Below are positions 31,542 to 40,824 of a stretch of 64,000 nt of DNA, one piece after another. Both the position numbers and the translations under genes were made by a program. Source of the stretch: Cenarchaeum sp. (GTDB lineage: Archaea > Thermoproteota > Nitrososphaeria > Nitrososphaerales > Nitrosopumilaceae); assembly GCA_965206845.1 (NCBI GenBank), contig OZ242221.1, forward strand, positions 1,216,001 to 1,280,000, in the 5' to 3' direction. How positions within the stretch are numbered: position 1 is the first letter of the stretch; every line of letters starts with the position of its first letter. The notes below the pieces were generated by a model. The model did no database searches. It was not told the origin of the DNA and saw only the letters and a list, made by a program, of their open reading frames with translations.

Positions 31542-33272
31542 ATGCCCAACTCTGATGATGTCTCAAGGATACACGGCAAGTATTCCGTAACGCTTCTTGC
31601 GCCATCCTCCAAGATTCGCTCCTTCATCTACTCGATGATAGCAGCTACCGCATTCGTGGCTGCTGCCGTCTTTGGGTTTGTGCCAGAGGAGAACCTTGCC
31701 GTCCGCCTTGGCATGGTCATGGTGGTTCTAGCTGCAGCCCAGGCGCTGGACTCGAGACTGATCAGGAACAGGGACTACTCCAAGGCCATCCACCTCTCCC
31801 TCTACTCGAACATGCTCTGGCTAATATCGCTGCTGACTGCGCTGGCGGCTGCTGCCATCCTCTCAAGACCCGAGGCGTCCGTTGTGTACATCGGGATTGG
31901 GATGTTTGTGGTGTCAAGCTTTAGGATCGGACTGCTGACAACTGTCCTGGGGGTGGATGTAAAGCGGGCTTGGGGAATCTGCCTGATTCAGCCCCTGGCG
32001 GTGTTCCTGGTGCTGGTTCCGTCGGAGATGTGGCTGCCTGTGCTGTACAGCCCCCTGACACTGGGCTTTGGAATCCTCTTTATGGCACTGTCCACCATAT
32101 GGTCCATACTCACAGACAGGGCCGGAAGGCCTGACCTGCACAGCACACACAGCCTGATACAGGCGTACCTGTACTCCCGGGAGGACATAGGAAAGATCGA
32201 GTCCATACTGGAGGAGCACTCAAGGCCCTCGAAGATCTCCACTGCCCAGCTGCGGCTCAAGGCAGAGGAGCGGGATGTCCGGCTGGTGCTGCCGGAGATC
32301 CATCCGGGGCCGTTCCACCCCATCGGCGGCAGCAACATATCGTACCGGATATACCAGACGCTGGACTCGTCGGCCATGGTAATGCACAGCATATCAGATC
32401 ATGCCCTGAACCTCCCCTCGGGCCAGCAGGTGGAGTACTACCTCCAGAGCCTCTCAAAGGCCTCGCTGGCAGGAACCGGGGCATCGTGCACCGAGCCGGT
32501 GACGGTTCAGATCAACAGAGCCAGGGCGGTGGGCATCCGGTTTGACAAAAGCGCCATGCTGCTTCTCTCACTGTCGCCCCACGGAATGGAGGATCTTCCC
32601 AGCTACATCAAGAAGGACATCGAGAAGTACTCCCGGAACAGAAACTTTGAGAGGGTCATGATAGTGGACTGCCACAACGCCATGGGGCAGGAGATCTCCG
32701 GGGACGACTCGATAGACATGCTCAAGGCCGCCCGGTCCTGTCTTGACTCCCTGGTGACAAAGGAGGATCATCCGTTCGAGTTCGGCTACGCAAACTCCTC
32801 TGACATGGACATCTTCGTGCAGGACCTGGCAATGGGCGGACTGGCGGTCCTCTGCTTGGGCATCGGCGACAGGAAGTACTTTATCGGCTGGGCCGACTCA
32901 AACAACATGGAGAACGGCATCAGGGAGTATGTTGTGGAGCGGCTGGCAAGGGATGGGTACAGCCTGATCGAGATATCCACATCAGACACCCACTTTACAC
33001 AGAGCCCGGTCAGGACAAAGCAGGGCTACTACCAGTTTGGCGCCATCACTACGCGGGAGGACATCTCCGAGTGGTACCTTGGGCTTGCCAGATGTGCAGC
33101 AAAGACACTGACGCCTGGCTCCTTTGAGATACTGGAGAACCAGACGGATCTCCAGGTTATGGGTCCCAAGATATTTGAGGACTTTTCGGGCGCACTGGAC
33201 AGCTCCCTCAGGCTCTCCAAAATATTCATGGCAGCCGGCGTTGCCCTCTTTCTGGCTAGTCTGCTGTTATGA
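31542..33272 (+). CDS. DUF2070-like membrane protein
   Basis: N-terminal TM bundle; HPGPF, DCHN, DSNN and TSDTH motifs. Confidence 0.8.
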   Translation: MPNSDDVSRIHGKYSVTLLAPSSKIRSFIYSMIAATAFVAAAVFGFVPEENLAVRLGMVMVVLAAAQALDSRLIRNRDYSKAIHLSLYSNMLWLISLLTALAAAAILSRPEASVVYIGIGMFVVSSFRIGLLTTVLGVDVKRAWGICLIQPLAVFLVLVPSEMWLPVLYSPLTLGFGILFMALSTIWSILTDRAGRPDLHSTHSLIQAYLYSREDIGKIESILEEHSRPSKISTAQLRLKAEERDVRLVLPEIHPGPFHPIGGSNISYRIYQTLDSSAMVMHSISDHALNLPSGQQVEYYLQSLSKASLAGTGASCTEPVTVQINRARAVGIRFDKSAMLLLSLSPHGMEDLPSYIKKDIEKYSRNRNFERVMIVDCHNAMGQEISGDDSIDMLKAARSCLDSLVTKEDHPFEFGYANSSDMDIFVQDLAMGGLAVLCLGIGDRKYFIGWADSNNMENGIREYVVERLARDGYSLIEISTSDTHFTQSPVRTKQGYYQFGAITTREDISEWYLGLARCAAKTLTPGSFEILENQTDLQVMGPKIFEDFSGALDSSLRLSKIFMAAGVALFLASLLL

Positions 33273-33858
33273 CCCTCATCTCGTCCATGTGTCCGGGGAG
33301 ACCATCCACAAATGACGCAAACTGCTCCACTGAGACCACGGGAACCATGCGGACATATGATACAGACTGCCTGTAGAGGGTGACTATTACGGGCAGGGCG
33401 CGGCACTCCGGACTCTTGGAGACGTACCGCTTGGCACGGGCCACCTGTTTTGCCACCGCCGATGCCAGCGGCACACTTCTGTGCCAGTGCTTGCAGTCAA
33501 CTAGCACCGCGGTGTCGCCCTTTCTGCCTGCCACATCTATCTCCATCCTGGGAGACGCAAGCATCAGGTTCCGGGTTACAGCATAGTCCCTGTCGCGGAG
33601 AATCTCTGCCACAAGCCCCTCAAAGTCCCTCCAGTCAAGACACTCTGACACCTCGTCTATGGGCGCGCCACCCTCCAGGGCCAGCATGGCGCACCGGAGC
33701 CTGTCACCGGCAGAGAAGACGACAAAGTCGCCATCCCTCCGGCCTATCCCGGCTGACAGCACATCTGTGATGTGGCGGCCCAGATCCTCTGCCGGAACCC
33801 TTCCCGGTACGATGCTGCAAACCACCACTGCAAGCGCGCTCATCTGGTCATCGGGCAT
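33256..33858 (-). CDS. Mrr-like PD-(D/E)xK nuclease-fold protein
   Basis: LDWRDFEGLVAEIL, EIDV...VDCKHW motifs. Confidence 0.75.
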   Translation of the reverse strand: MPDDQMSALAVVVCSIVPGRVPAEDLGRHITDVLSAGIGRRDGDFVVFSAGDRLRCAMLALEGGAPIDEVSECLDWRDFEGLVAEILRDRDYAVTRNLMLASPRMEIDVAGRKGDTAVLVDCKHWHRSVPLASAVAKQVARAKRYVSKSPECRALPVIVTLYRQSVSYVRMVPVVSVEQFASFVDGLPGHMDEMRVITAD

Positions 33859-33949
33859 CCAGTGCAGATTTTAAAGTGTTCGTGCGCATGTCCTTGCGGA
33901 TATCTTGGCGCAGCAGATCGGTTTATGGCGCCGGACCGACCTTCTAACG

Positions 33950-33957
33950 TTTATAAG
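33950..33957 (+). promoter_or_regulatory. TATA box of the rpl18 operon
   Basis: tttataag about 30 bp upstream of the ATG. Confidence 0.5.
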
Positions 33958-33985
33958 AGCTGTTGGAAGTTTTTCGCCTATAGAT

Positions 33986-34468
33986 ATGGGTTACTCGAAG
34001 ATACTGAGGAGGCTCCGTGAGGGCAAGACCAACTACAAGAAGCGCAGCTCCATGCTTATGGGCAGGCGTGACTTTGTAACTGTGTACATCTCCAACGAGA
34101 ACACCATGGTTCAGATTCACAGACCGGAGATGGGCGGCGACAAGGTTCTGGCCTCGGCGCACTCCCGCTCCCTGATCTCCAAGGGGTGGAAGGGATCCCG
34201 CAAGAACATACCTGCGGCCTATCTTACAGGCTACCTGGCAGGAAAGAAGGCTCTGGGACACGACTCGACAGAGGCGATCATGTACTCTGGCACCCGGCGG
34301 TACACCGACAGAATGGCGGCAGCCCTCAAGGGAGTCCGGGACGCGGGGATGAAGATGCCTGCAGACGACGGGGCATTTCCACCCGACACAAGAATCAACG
34401 GCGAGCACCTCAAGATAAAGAATGACATTTCACAGTTCAAGGCACAGATTGACGGCGAGGCGATCTAG
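33986..34468 (+). CDS. rpl18: 50S ribosomal protein L18
   Basis: RRLREGKTNY, NIPAAYLTG motifs. Confidence 0.95.
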   Translation: MGYSKILRRLREGKTNYKKRSSMLMGRRDFVTVYISNENTMVQIHRPEMGGDKVLASAHSRSLISKGWKGSRKNIPAAYLTGYLAGKKALGHDSTEAIMYSGTRRYTDRMAAALKGVRDAGMKMPADDGAFPPDTRINGEHLKIKNDISQFKAQIDGEAI

Positions 34469-34471
34469 GAG

Positions 34472-35098
34472 ATGAATCCGTCCAGATCAAGCAGGAACAA
34501 GCCACAGGAGGCACCATGGGTTCCAAAGACGATTCTGGGCAAGCAGGTGTCTGCCGGGGACATCACATCCATGAAGGAGATCCTTGAGCGCGGCCTGCGC
34601 ATACAGGAAGCGGGAATCATCAAGAAGCTGCTGCCGGATCTCAAGACCGAGGTGATCGATGTGGGCATAATCCAGAAGATGACGCCCAACGGCCAGTCGA
34701 CGCGCTTCAAGGCCATAGTGGCTGCGGGAAACAAGAACGGCTGGCTGGGAATCGGCCAGGGAAAGTCCAGGCAGATGAGGGTTGCAATAGAAAAGGCAAA
34801 CAACGCGGCATACCTCAACGTAAGCCCAGTGAAGATGGGCTGCGGCAGCTGGGAGTGCAGGTGCGACCAAAAGCATTCGGTTCCATTCCGGGTTACCGGC
34901 AAGGGCGGAAGCGTCCAGATCGAGATACTGCCTGCTCCCAGGGGGCTGGGGCTGGTGGCAGGCGGAAAGATCCGGCGGCTGTTGGAGCTTGCAGGCCTCA
35001 AGGATGCGTGGACCAAGGCAAGGGGATCCACGGCTACTATGAACTCAACATCAAAGGCGGTGCTTGACTGCCTACGTCAGACATTCAGTCAGGGTTAG
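34472..35098 (+). CDS. rps5: 30S ribosomal protein S5
   Basis: WVPKTILG, GCGSWEC, PAPRGLGLVAG motifs. Confidence 0.96.
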   Translation: MNPSRSSRNKPQEAPWVPKTILGKQVSAGDITSMKEILERGLRIQEAGIIKKLLPDLKTEVIDVGIIQKMTPNGQSTRFKAIVAAGNKNGWLGIGQGKSRQMRVAIEKANNAAYLNVSPVKMGCGSWECRCDQKHSVPFRVTGKGGSVQIEILPAPRGLGLVAGGKIRRLLELAGLKDAWTKARGSTATMNSTSKAVLDCLRQTFSQG

Positions 35099-35103
35099 TG
35101 GAT

Positions 35104-35571
35104 ATGGTCGGCGCATACTTGGTAGTGAGAATCAAGGGACAGGTTGACGTTCCGTACTGGGCAGAGACCACACTCAAGCTCCTAAAGCTGGAGAAGAAAT
35201 ACAGGGCGACCATCGTTCCCGCCAAGGAGAACACACTGGGCATGCTAAACAAGGTAAAGCACTATGTCTCATGGATCGAGGCCGATCCGGCACTGGCTCG
35301 GGAACTCTTGGACAAGAAGGCCCGCAAGTCCGGCTACAGGAAGATCACCCACGAGGATGTCGCCCAGGCAGGCTTTGATGACATGGACGACATGGCCTCC
35401 TCGCTGGCCGAGGGCAAGTCCTCACTGACAAAGATAAAGCCATTCAAACCGTGGTTCGCGCTGGCGCCTCCGCGGAAGGGATTCAAGCGCAGCACAAAGC
35501 GCCTGTACGGCCAGAAGGGCGTACTGGGCCACAACCGGGAACTGGACACCTTGGTCAGGAGCATGATATAA
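35104..35571 (+). CDS. rpl30: 50S ribosomal protein L30
   Basis: VVRIKG, LAPPRKGF motifs; operon position. Confidence 0.94.
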   Translation: MVGAYLVVRIKGQVDVPYWAETTLKLLKLEKKYRATIVPAKENTLGMLNKVKHYVSWIEADPALARELLDKKARKSGYRKITHEDVAQAGFDDMDDMASSLAEGKSSLTKIKPFKPWFALAPPRKGFKRSTKRLYGQKGVLGHNRELDTLVRSMI

Positions 35572-35996
35572 TGGCAACCAGATTGCGAAAGACGCGCAGG
35601 CTTCGGGGATCCCGTACCTGCGGCTGGGGCCAGGTGGGCCAGCACCGATCCAGCGGCCACAAGGGCGGACTGGGAGTCTCCGGACAGCTCAAGCACCATT
35701 TCAGCTCGATGCTCAAGTACGATCCGGATCACTTTGGCCATGACTCCACCCATAGGCCACACCCCATCGTCACAAGAAAGTGGGCCAGCGTCAGGGATCT
35801 TGATGACATCTTTACCCGAATAGGCGAGACCAGGGACGGCAAGAACATAATCGATCTGGGCTCTGGCGGCTACGACAAGCTCCTCGGCGGCGGACAGGTT
35901 GCTACCGCATACGCAATTACGGTGCCATATTTTACTGCAGCAGCAGAAAGAAAGGTCACGGCAGCTGGCGGCGAGGTGCTAAAGTCCCATGGCTGA
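35571..35996 (+). CDS. rpl15: 50S ribosomal protein L15
   Basis: RGSRTCGWG...HRSSGHKGG, KLLGGG motifs. Confidence 0.94.
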   Translation: MATRLRKTRRLRGSRTCGWGQVGQHRSSGHKGGLGVSGQLKHHFSSMLKYDPDHFGHDSTHRPHPIVTRKWASVRDLDDIFTRIGETRDGKNIIDLGSGGYDKLLGGGQVATAYAITVPYFTAAAERKVTAAGGEVLKSHG

Positions 35997-37419
35997 AGGC
36001 ACTGCAACCGCACTTATCCGCAGGGTAGTGGTGGTGGTAGAGCCCTACCTGCCACAGGTTCCAAAACCCAAGAAGAAGCTGCAGCTCCAGACCAGGCTGC
36101 TCTGGTCGGGCCTTGCACTGCTCATATACATGGTGATGGGCCAGACGCCGCTCTTTGGGGCGACCACCCCCGAGTTTGACTTTCTGGCCTTTGCCCGTGT
36201 GATCTTTGCATCGCAGCAGGGTACCTTGGTGGAGCTGGGAATCGGACCCATAGTGACCGCCGGTCTCCTGATGCAGCTGCTGCGTGGCTCGGACATCCTC
36301 AAGTTCAACTTTAAAAAGCCCGAGGAGAGGGGCGTCTTTCAGACCGCCACCAAGCTTGTCACGTATGTGGTAATCATCGTCGAGTCCAGCGTGTACGGCA
36401 TAGCGGTGTACGGGCCCAACATTGCAGATCCCAACGTCCTCTACATCCTGGTAGGCCAGCTGATGGCGGCATCGATCATAGTCATGTTCCTGGACGAGAT
36501 GATCCAGAAGGGATGGGGACTGGGCAGCGGAATCAGCCTCTTCATAATGGCAGGTGTCGCGCAGCAGATCCTCTGGAGCCTGTTCAGCCCTCTGCCCGGG
36601 GGCGACGGCGGGTACATCGGCATCGTACCGTACCTGGCGCAGTCCGCCGTAGCCGGGGATCTCAGCAGCGTCTTCTTCAGGGCTAACCAGCTGCCCAGCA
36701 TATTCGGCCTGCTGCTGACGGTAGGCGTCCTGCTGATTCTGGTCTTCACCCAGGGCATGAAGATAGAGATCCCGATCGTATCCACAAAGTACCGGGGCTT
36801 CTCGGCAGTGTACCCCATCAAGCTCATGTATGTCTCCAACATACCCGTAATCCTGGCATCGGCGCTTACCGCCAACGCGGTGTTTATGGGGCAGATGTTC
36901 TGGGCCAACTTCAACCCGCAGAATAATAACGCCTTTATGAACCTCATAGCGCAGTTCAATCCCACCAGCCCCTCCTCGCCCATCGGCGGCCTCATATACT
37001 ACGTGACGCCGCCCAGGGGTCTGGACGTTGCCGTGCTGGATCCCGGTCGGGCCATAGGCTATGTCCTGTTCATGATAGGCATAGTGGTGGTATTTGGAAA
37101 ACTCTGGGTCGAGCTGGGGGGCCTGTCGCCCAAGAAGGCGGCAGAGAACCTGCTTGATGCGGACGTGCAGATACCTGGCTTCCGCCGCTCCAACAAGCCC
37201 ATCGAGTCGCTTCTGAACAGATACATTCCGTCAGTCACGCTCATCGGTTCCATAATACTAGGGACCCTGGCGGGAATATCTGACGTCTTGGGCGTGTTTG
37301 GCTCCGGCATCGGCATACTGCTCATGGTGGACATCCTGATCAACTATTACAACCAGCTCATACGGGAACAGGTCGAGACGGTCATGCCGCGCCTGGGAGC
37401 GCTTCTGGGAAGAAGGTAG
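35989..37419 (+). CDS. secY: Preprotein translocase SecY
   Basis: ELGIGPIVTAG, GLGSGISLFI, YVSNIPVIL motifs. Confidence 0.97.
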   Translation: MAEGTATALIRRVVVVVEPYLPQVPKPKKKLQLQTRLLWSGLALLIYMVMGQTPLFGATTPEFDFLAFARVIFASQQGTLVELGIGPIVTAGLLMQLLRGSDILKFNFKKPEERGVFQTATKLVTYVVIIVESSVYGIAVYGPNIADPNVLYILVGQLMAASIIVMFLDEMIQKGWGLGSGISLFIMAGVAQQILWSLFSPLPGGDGGYIGIVPYLAQSAVAGDLSSVFFRANQLPSIFGLLLTVGVLLILVFTQGMKIEIPIVSTKYRGFSAVYPIKLMYVSNIPVILASALTANAVFMGQMFWANFNPQNNNAFMNLIAQFNPTSPSSPIGGLIYYVTPPRGLDVAVLDPGRAIGYVLFMIGIVVVFGKLWVELGGLSPKKAAENLLDADVQIPGFRRSNKPIESLLNRYIPSVTLIGSIILGTLAGISDVLGVFGSGIGILLMVDILINYYNQLIREQVETVMPRLGALLGRR

Positions 37420-37428
37420 GTTCTGGAT

Positions 37429-38001
37429 ATGGGCAGAAAGGTGGTCATAGTGGGAATCTCGGGTGTCGGAAAGACCACCCTGGTCTCTGCCATCGTGGAG
37501 CTGCTCAAGCACAGGAACAAGACCGTCTCTGTGGTCTCCTTTGGCACCATGATGTTCGAGGCGGCAAAGAAGGTGGGCGTAAACGACCGGGACAAGCTCC
37601 GGCGGCTTCCCATGGAGCAGCAGCAGAGCCTGCAGATGCAGGCAGGCACCCAGATATCCCTGATGACAGAGGATGTGGTGATAGTGGACACCCATGCGTT
37701 CATCTCTACACCCGCGGGATTCTACCCCGGCCTCCCCGAGTACGTCCTCAAGACAATACGACCGTCAAACTTTGTCTCCGTTACTGCAATGCCGGAGGAG
37801 ATCTACAACCGCCGGATGAACGACCCCACCCGGAGACGTGACATCATATCGATATCGGCCATAAAGAGGGAGATGGACGTGCAGAACGCCATGCTCTCCA
37901 CATGCTCCGTGCTCTCAGGATCCCCGCTCAAGTCAGTCATGAACGGGGAGGGAAAGGTTCAAGAAGCTGCACAGTCTGTAATAGATGCAATAGGGTTGTG
38001 A
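37429..38001 (+). CDS. adkA: Archaeal adenylate kinase
   Basis: GISGVGKTT, DTH and PGLP motifs; follows secY. Confidence 0.93.
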   Translation: MGRKVVIVGISGVGKTTLVSAIVELLKHRNKTVSVVSFGTMMFEAAKKVGVNDRDKLRRLPMEQQQSLQMQAGTQISLMTEDVVIVDTHAFISTPAGFYPGLPEYVLKTIRPSNFVSVTAMPEEIYNRRMNDPTRRRDIISISAIKREMDVQNAMLSTCSVLSGSPLKSVMNGEGKVQEAAQSVIDAIGL

Positions 38002-38005
38002 TTGC

Positions 38006-38629
38006 ATGGATATAGGAACCGTAGCGCTGTTTTTGGAGTCTGTCTTCCTTCAGGAAGGCTTCTTTGACTTCCAGAACCGTGGGGCCCTGGGAAGCGACGA
38101 TCCCATCATTAAGGGCATGATAGTCTCGATGTTTGCGGTGGTCGGCTTTGGCATACTGCTGAACCTGTTCAACGCAGGCATCAGAAAGAAGATGGTCGAC
38201 CAGGTAAAGCTGAAGCGGATCATGAAAGAGACCAAGGCCTGGCAGAAGGAGAGGATGGCGGCATTTCGCTCCAAAGACGAGAAGAAGCAGGCCGATCTCA
38301 GCAAAAAGTCCTCCTACATGAACAAGCTGAACATGGAGATGATGCAGATGAACATGCGTCCCATGATGATCACGTTCATTCCGCTTATACTCATATTCTA
38401 CTTTGTGCTGCCGCAGGTCTTCTCATACACCGTGGCGCTCTCCCCGATTCCACTCAACGTCATCCCCGGCGACTGGTTCCAGCTTACCTGTACCGCCGAA
38501 GGCGTTGCGGACGGCAGCTTCTGCAACCGGGAGAACGAGCTGTTTCTGTGGGCGTGGTACTTTTTGTCCTCCATCGCATTCAGCGGCATTGTAATGAAAG
38601 TCACAAAAACGTCCATGGATTTCAGTTGA
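38006..38629 (+). CDS. EMC3/TMCO1 (DUF106) membrane protein
   Basis: TM, coiled coil, Met-rich MRPM and WYFL motif; conserved position after adk. Confidence 0.88.
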   Translation: MDIGTVALFLESVFLQEGFFDFQNRGALGSDDPIIKGMIVSMFAVVGFGILLNLFNAGIRKKMVDQVKLKRIMKETKAWQKERMAAFRSKDEKKQADLSKKSSYMNKLNMEMMQMNMRPMMITFIPLILIFYFVLPQVFSYTVALSPIPLNVIPGDWFQLTCTAEGVADGSFCNRENELFLWAWYFLSSIAFSGIVMKVTKTSMDFS

Positions 38630-39186
38630 GAAGATCCATTGTAATATCAGGGCCTCCCGCAGTGGGCAAGACCACGGTGGCACGGGCGCTAGCCGATGAG
38701 TTTGATATGGAGCACATCAGTGGGGGCGACGTACTCAAGGATATGGCAAAGAGCGCAGGCTATGACAGCGGCGGTGCCGACTGGTGGGATACGGAACCGG
38801 GAATACAGTTCCTGAAGGTTCGACAGGCAGACGGGAGCTTTGATCGGGAGGTGGACCAGAGGCTGATCCAGTTCCTGCGGGAGGGTAACAGGGTCATCAC
38901 CAGCTACACCCTGCCGTGGCTTGTGGATGGTGGGATCAAGATCTGGCTGTCTGGCTCCCACCGTAGCAGCGCCGCACGCATGCGGGTCAGGGACAACATG
39001 GATCTGCAGGAGGCCATGAAGATCACCAAACAGAGGTTCGATGCCAATAAGATCTTCTACAAGAAGCTCTACGACATCGATTTTGGCGACGACCTCTCGG
39101 TGTTTCATGCCAAGATAGACACGGATCAGATGAGCGCGCAGAGCGTCATAGATACGGCAGGCAGGGCCGTCAGGAGCTGGCTATGA
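38626..39186 (+). CDS. cmk: Cytidylate kinase
   Basis: ISGPPAVGKTT, DREVD, KKLYDID motifs; TTG start inferred. Confidence 0.9.
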   Translation: MRRSIVISGPPAVGKTTVARALADEFDMEHISGGDVLKDMAKSAGYDSGGADWWDTEPGIQFLKVRQADGSFDREVDQRLIQFLREGNRVITSYTLPWLVDGGIKIWLSGSHRSSAARMRVRDNMDLQEAMKITKQRFDANKIFYKKLYDIDFGDDLSVFHAKIDTDQMSAQSVIDTAGRAVRSWL

Positions 39187-40181
39187 CCCTTGCGCAGCTC
39201 CAGAACCTCCAGGTCATAGACCAGGATGCCACAGACGACAGCTACGGCACATACTACGACCATCGGAGCGTGGAGCAGCTCCTCAGGTACGGCATCATAC
39301 TGCTTGACAAGCCTCCAGGACCCACCAGTCACGAGGTGGTGGCCTGGGCAAAGAGGATACTCAAGATTCCCAAGGTGGGCCACAGCGGGACTCTGGATCC
39401 ACAGGTTACCGGCGTTCTGCCCCTGGGCCTGGGCGAAGCCACAAAGGCGCTGGGCGTCCTGCTTTTGGGCCCCAAGGAGTACCATGCGCTGGGGCGACTG
39501 CATGTCCTTCCCTCCGCGGCGCGCCTGGATGACGTCTTGGCGCAGTTTACCGGCAAGATATACCAGAAACCGCCCCAAAGGTCGGCAGTGCTGCGCAGGA
39601 CCAGGAGCAGGCACATATACGACATGGACATTCTTGAGCGAAAGGAGCGCCTGGTGCTGCTTCGCGTGTCGTGCGAGGCAGGCACCTACATCCGCAAGCT
39701 GCTCTACGACATGGGCGAGGTTCTGGGCCCCGGAGCGACCATGGTGGAGCTGCGGAGAACCAGGGTGGATCACTTTACTGAAGAGAACCTGGTGACGCTG
39801 CACGAGCTGGCAGACGCATACGCAGTCTGGGAGGAGAGCCAGGACAGCTCCAAGCTCTGCGGCATGATCCACCCCGTGGAGTATGCACTGCAGGGAATCA
39901 AGTCGGTGGTGATCCGCGACTCGGCCGTTGATGCGCTGTGCCACGGAGCCCAGCTGGCAATCCCCGGCGTACTTGAGATAAGCCCCGGCCTGAAGAAGGG
40001 TGATACTGTGGCAGTCTACACGCAGAAAGGCGAGGCGGTGGCACTGGCCGAGGCCACGCTTGACGAGCAGGAGATCGAGGAGCTTACAAAGGGATATGCC
40101 TTTCAGACTAGGCGAATCATAATGGGGGCAGGCACGTATCCCAAGAACTGGAGATCCCCGCGCAAGCCTTCGGAGAAGTGA
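39183..40181 (+). CDS. cbf5: H/ACA pseudouridine synthase Cbf5
   Basis: DKPPGPTSHEV, GHSGTLDP motifs and PUA domain. Confidence 0.96.
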   Translation: MTLAQLQNLQVIDQDATDDSYGTYYDHRSVEQLLRYGIILLDKPPGPTSHEVVAWAKRILKIPKVGHSGTLDPQVTGVLPLGLGEATKALGVLLLGPKEYHALGRLHVLPSAARLDDVLAQFTGKIYQKPPQRSAVLRRTRSRHIYDMDILERKERLVLLRVSCEAGTYIRKLLYDMGEVLGPGATMVELRRTRVDHFTEENLVTLHELADAYAVWEESQDSSKLCGMIHPVEYALQGIKSVVIRDSAVDALCHGAQLAIPGVLEISPGLKKGDTVAVYTQKGEAVALAEATLDEQEIEELTKGYAFQTRRIIMGAGTYPKNWRSPRKPSEK

Positions 40182-40624
40182 CGTTGCTTCCCAAGAGTCT
40201 GATCGTGGCCGTGTCCTCGGGGGTTGCATCTGCAGGCCTGCTGGGGCTTTTGTTCCTGTATGTCGGTGACGGCAGGGATCCGGTGTTTGTGGATGGCGCA
40301 TCAGTATCTGTGGTAACGGATATGGCACACTACAAGACGGGCCAGCCCGTCAAGATCGCAGTCATAAACTCGGGCACCGTACCACTGGAGTCGCCTGGCA
40401 TGTATGGCCTGGAGATCCGGGGGCTGGACACAATGCTGATCTACTCCGTGCCTGACCAGGCTCCGCACGCGCTGGAGCCGGGGCAGGAAGTCCACATCTC
40501 CTGGGATCAGACCAAGAGCGACGGGACTCCGGTGCTGCAGGGGGTCTACAAGATACACATCAGGGCATCGGCCCCGGACGGAACGGTAGTCCGGGACGAC
40601 GTCAGCGTTCAGGTTCTGGGGTAG
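40178..40624 (+). CDS. Membrane-anchored Ig-like hypothetical protein
   Basis: N-terminal TM; LEPG...WDQ...GVYKI beta-sandwich pattern. Confidence 0.7.
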   Translation: MTLLPKSLIVAVSSGVASAGLLGLLFLYVGDGRDPVFVDGASVSVVTDMAHYKTGQPVKIAVINSGTVPLESPGMYGLEIRGLDTMLIYSVPDQAPHALEPGQEVHISWDQTKSDGTPVLQGVYKIHIRASAPDGTVVRDDVSVQVLG

Positions 40625-40640
40625 CCTTGGGGAAATAACC

Positions 40641-40650
40641 TATTATATAA
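40641..40650 (+). promoter_or_regulatory. TATA box of the tRNA gene
   Basis: tattatataa, with purine-rich ggaaa a few bases upstream. Confidence 0.55.
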
Positions 40651-40684
40651 TCGGGCGGCAGATTGCCTTTGTCGAAGAGACAGT

Positions 40685-40782
40685 GCCGGGGTTGCCTAGC
40701 CTGGTAAGGCGCGCGCCTGGAAACAAGCCATAAAGCGCGTTCTCGCAAGGGATCGGGAGTTCAAATCTCCCTCCCGGCGCCA
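40685..40782 (+). tRNA. tRNA-Ser(GGA) with 11-nt intron at 37/38 (40723-40733)
   Basis: Acceptor gccgggg/tcccggc, anticodon stem cgcgc/gcgcg, long variable arm, gggag-ttcaaat-ctccc T arm, encoded CCA. Confidence 0.9.
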
Positions 40783-40824
40783 TGCCATCTGCATCTTTTA
40801 ATATCCAGAGTGTGAACACTGACT

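Noticed and set aside
33256-33858. Mrr-like nuclease as a defence island
   Set aside because: Solitary gene in housekeeping context with no methylase or other defence genes
33986-40181. spc cluster starting at rpl18 and lacking L34e/L14e
   Set aside because: Absence of L34e/L14e is typical of Thaumarchaeota; not novel
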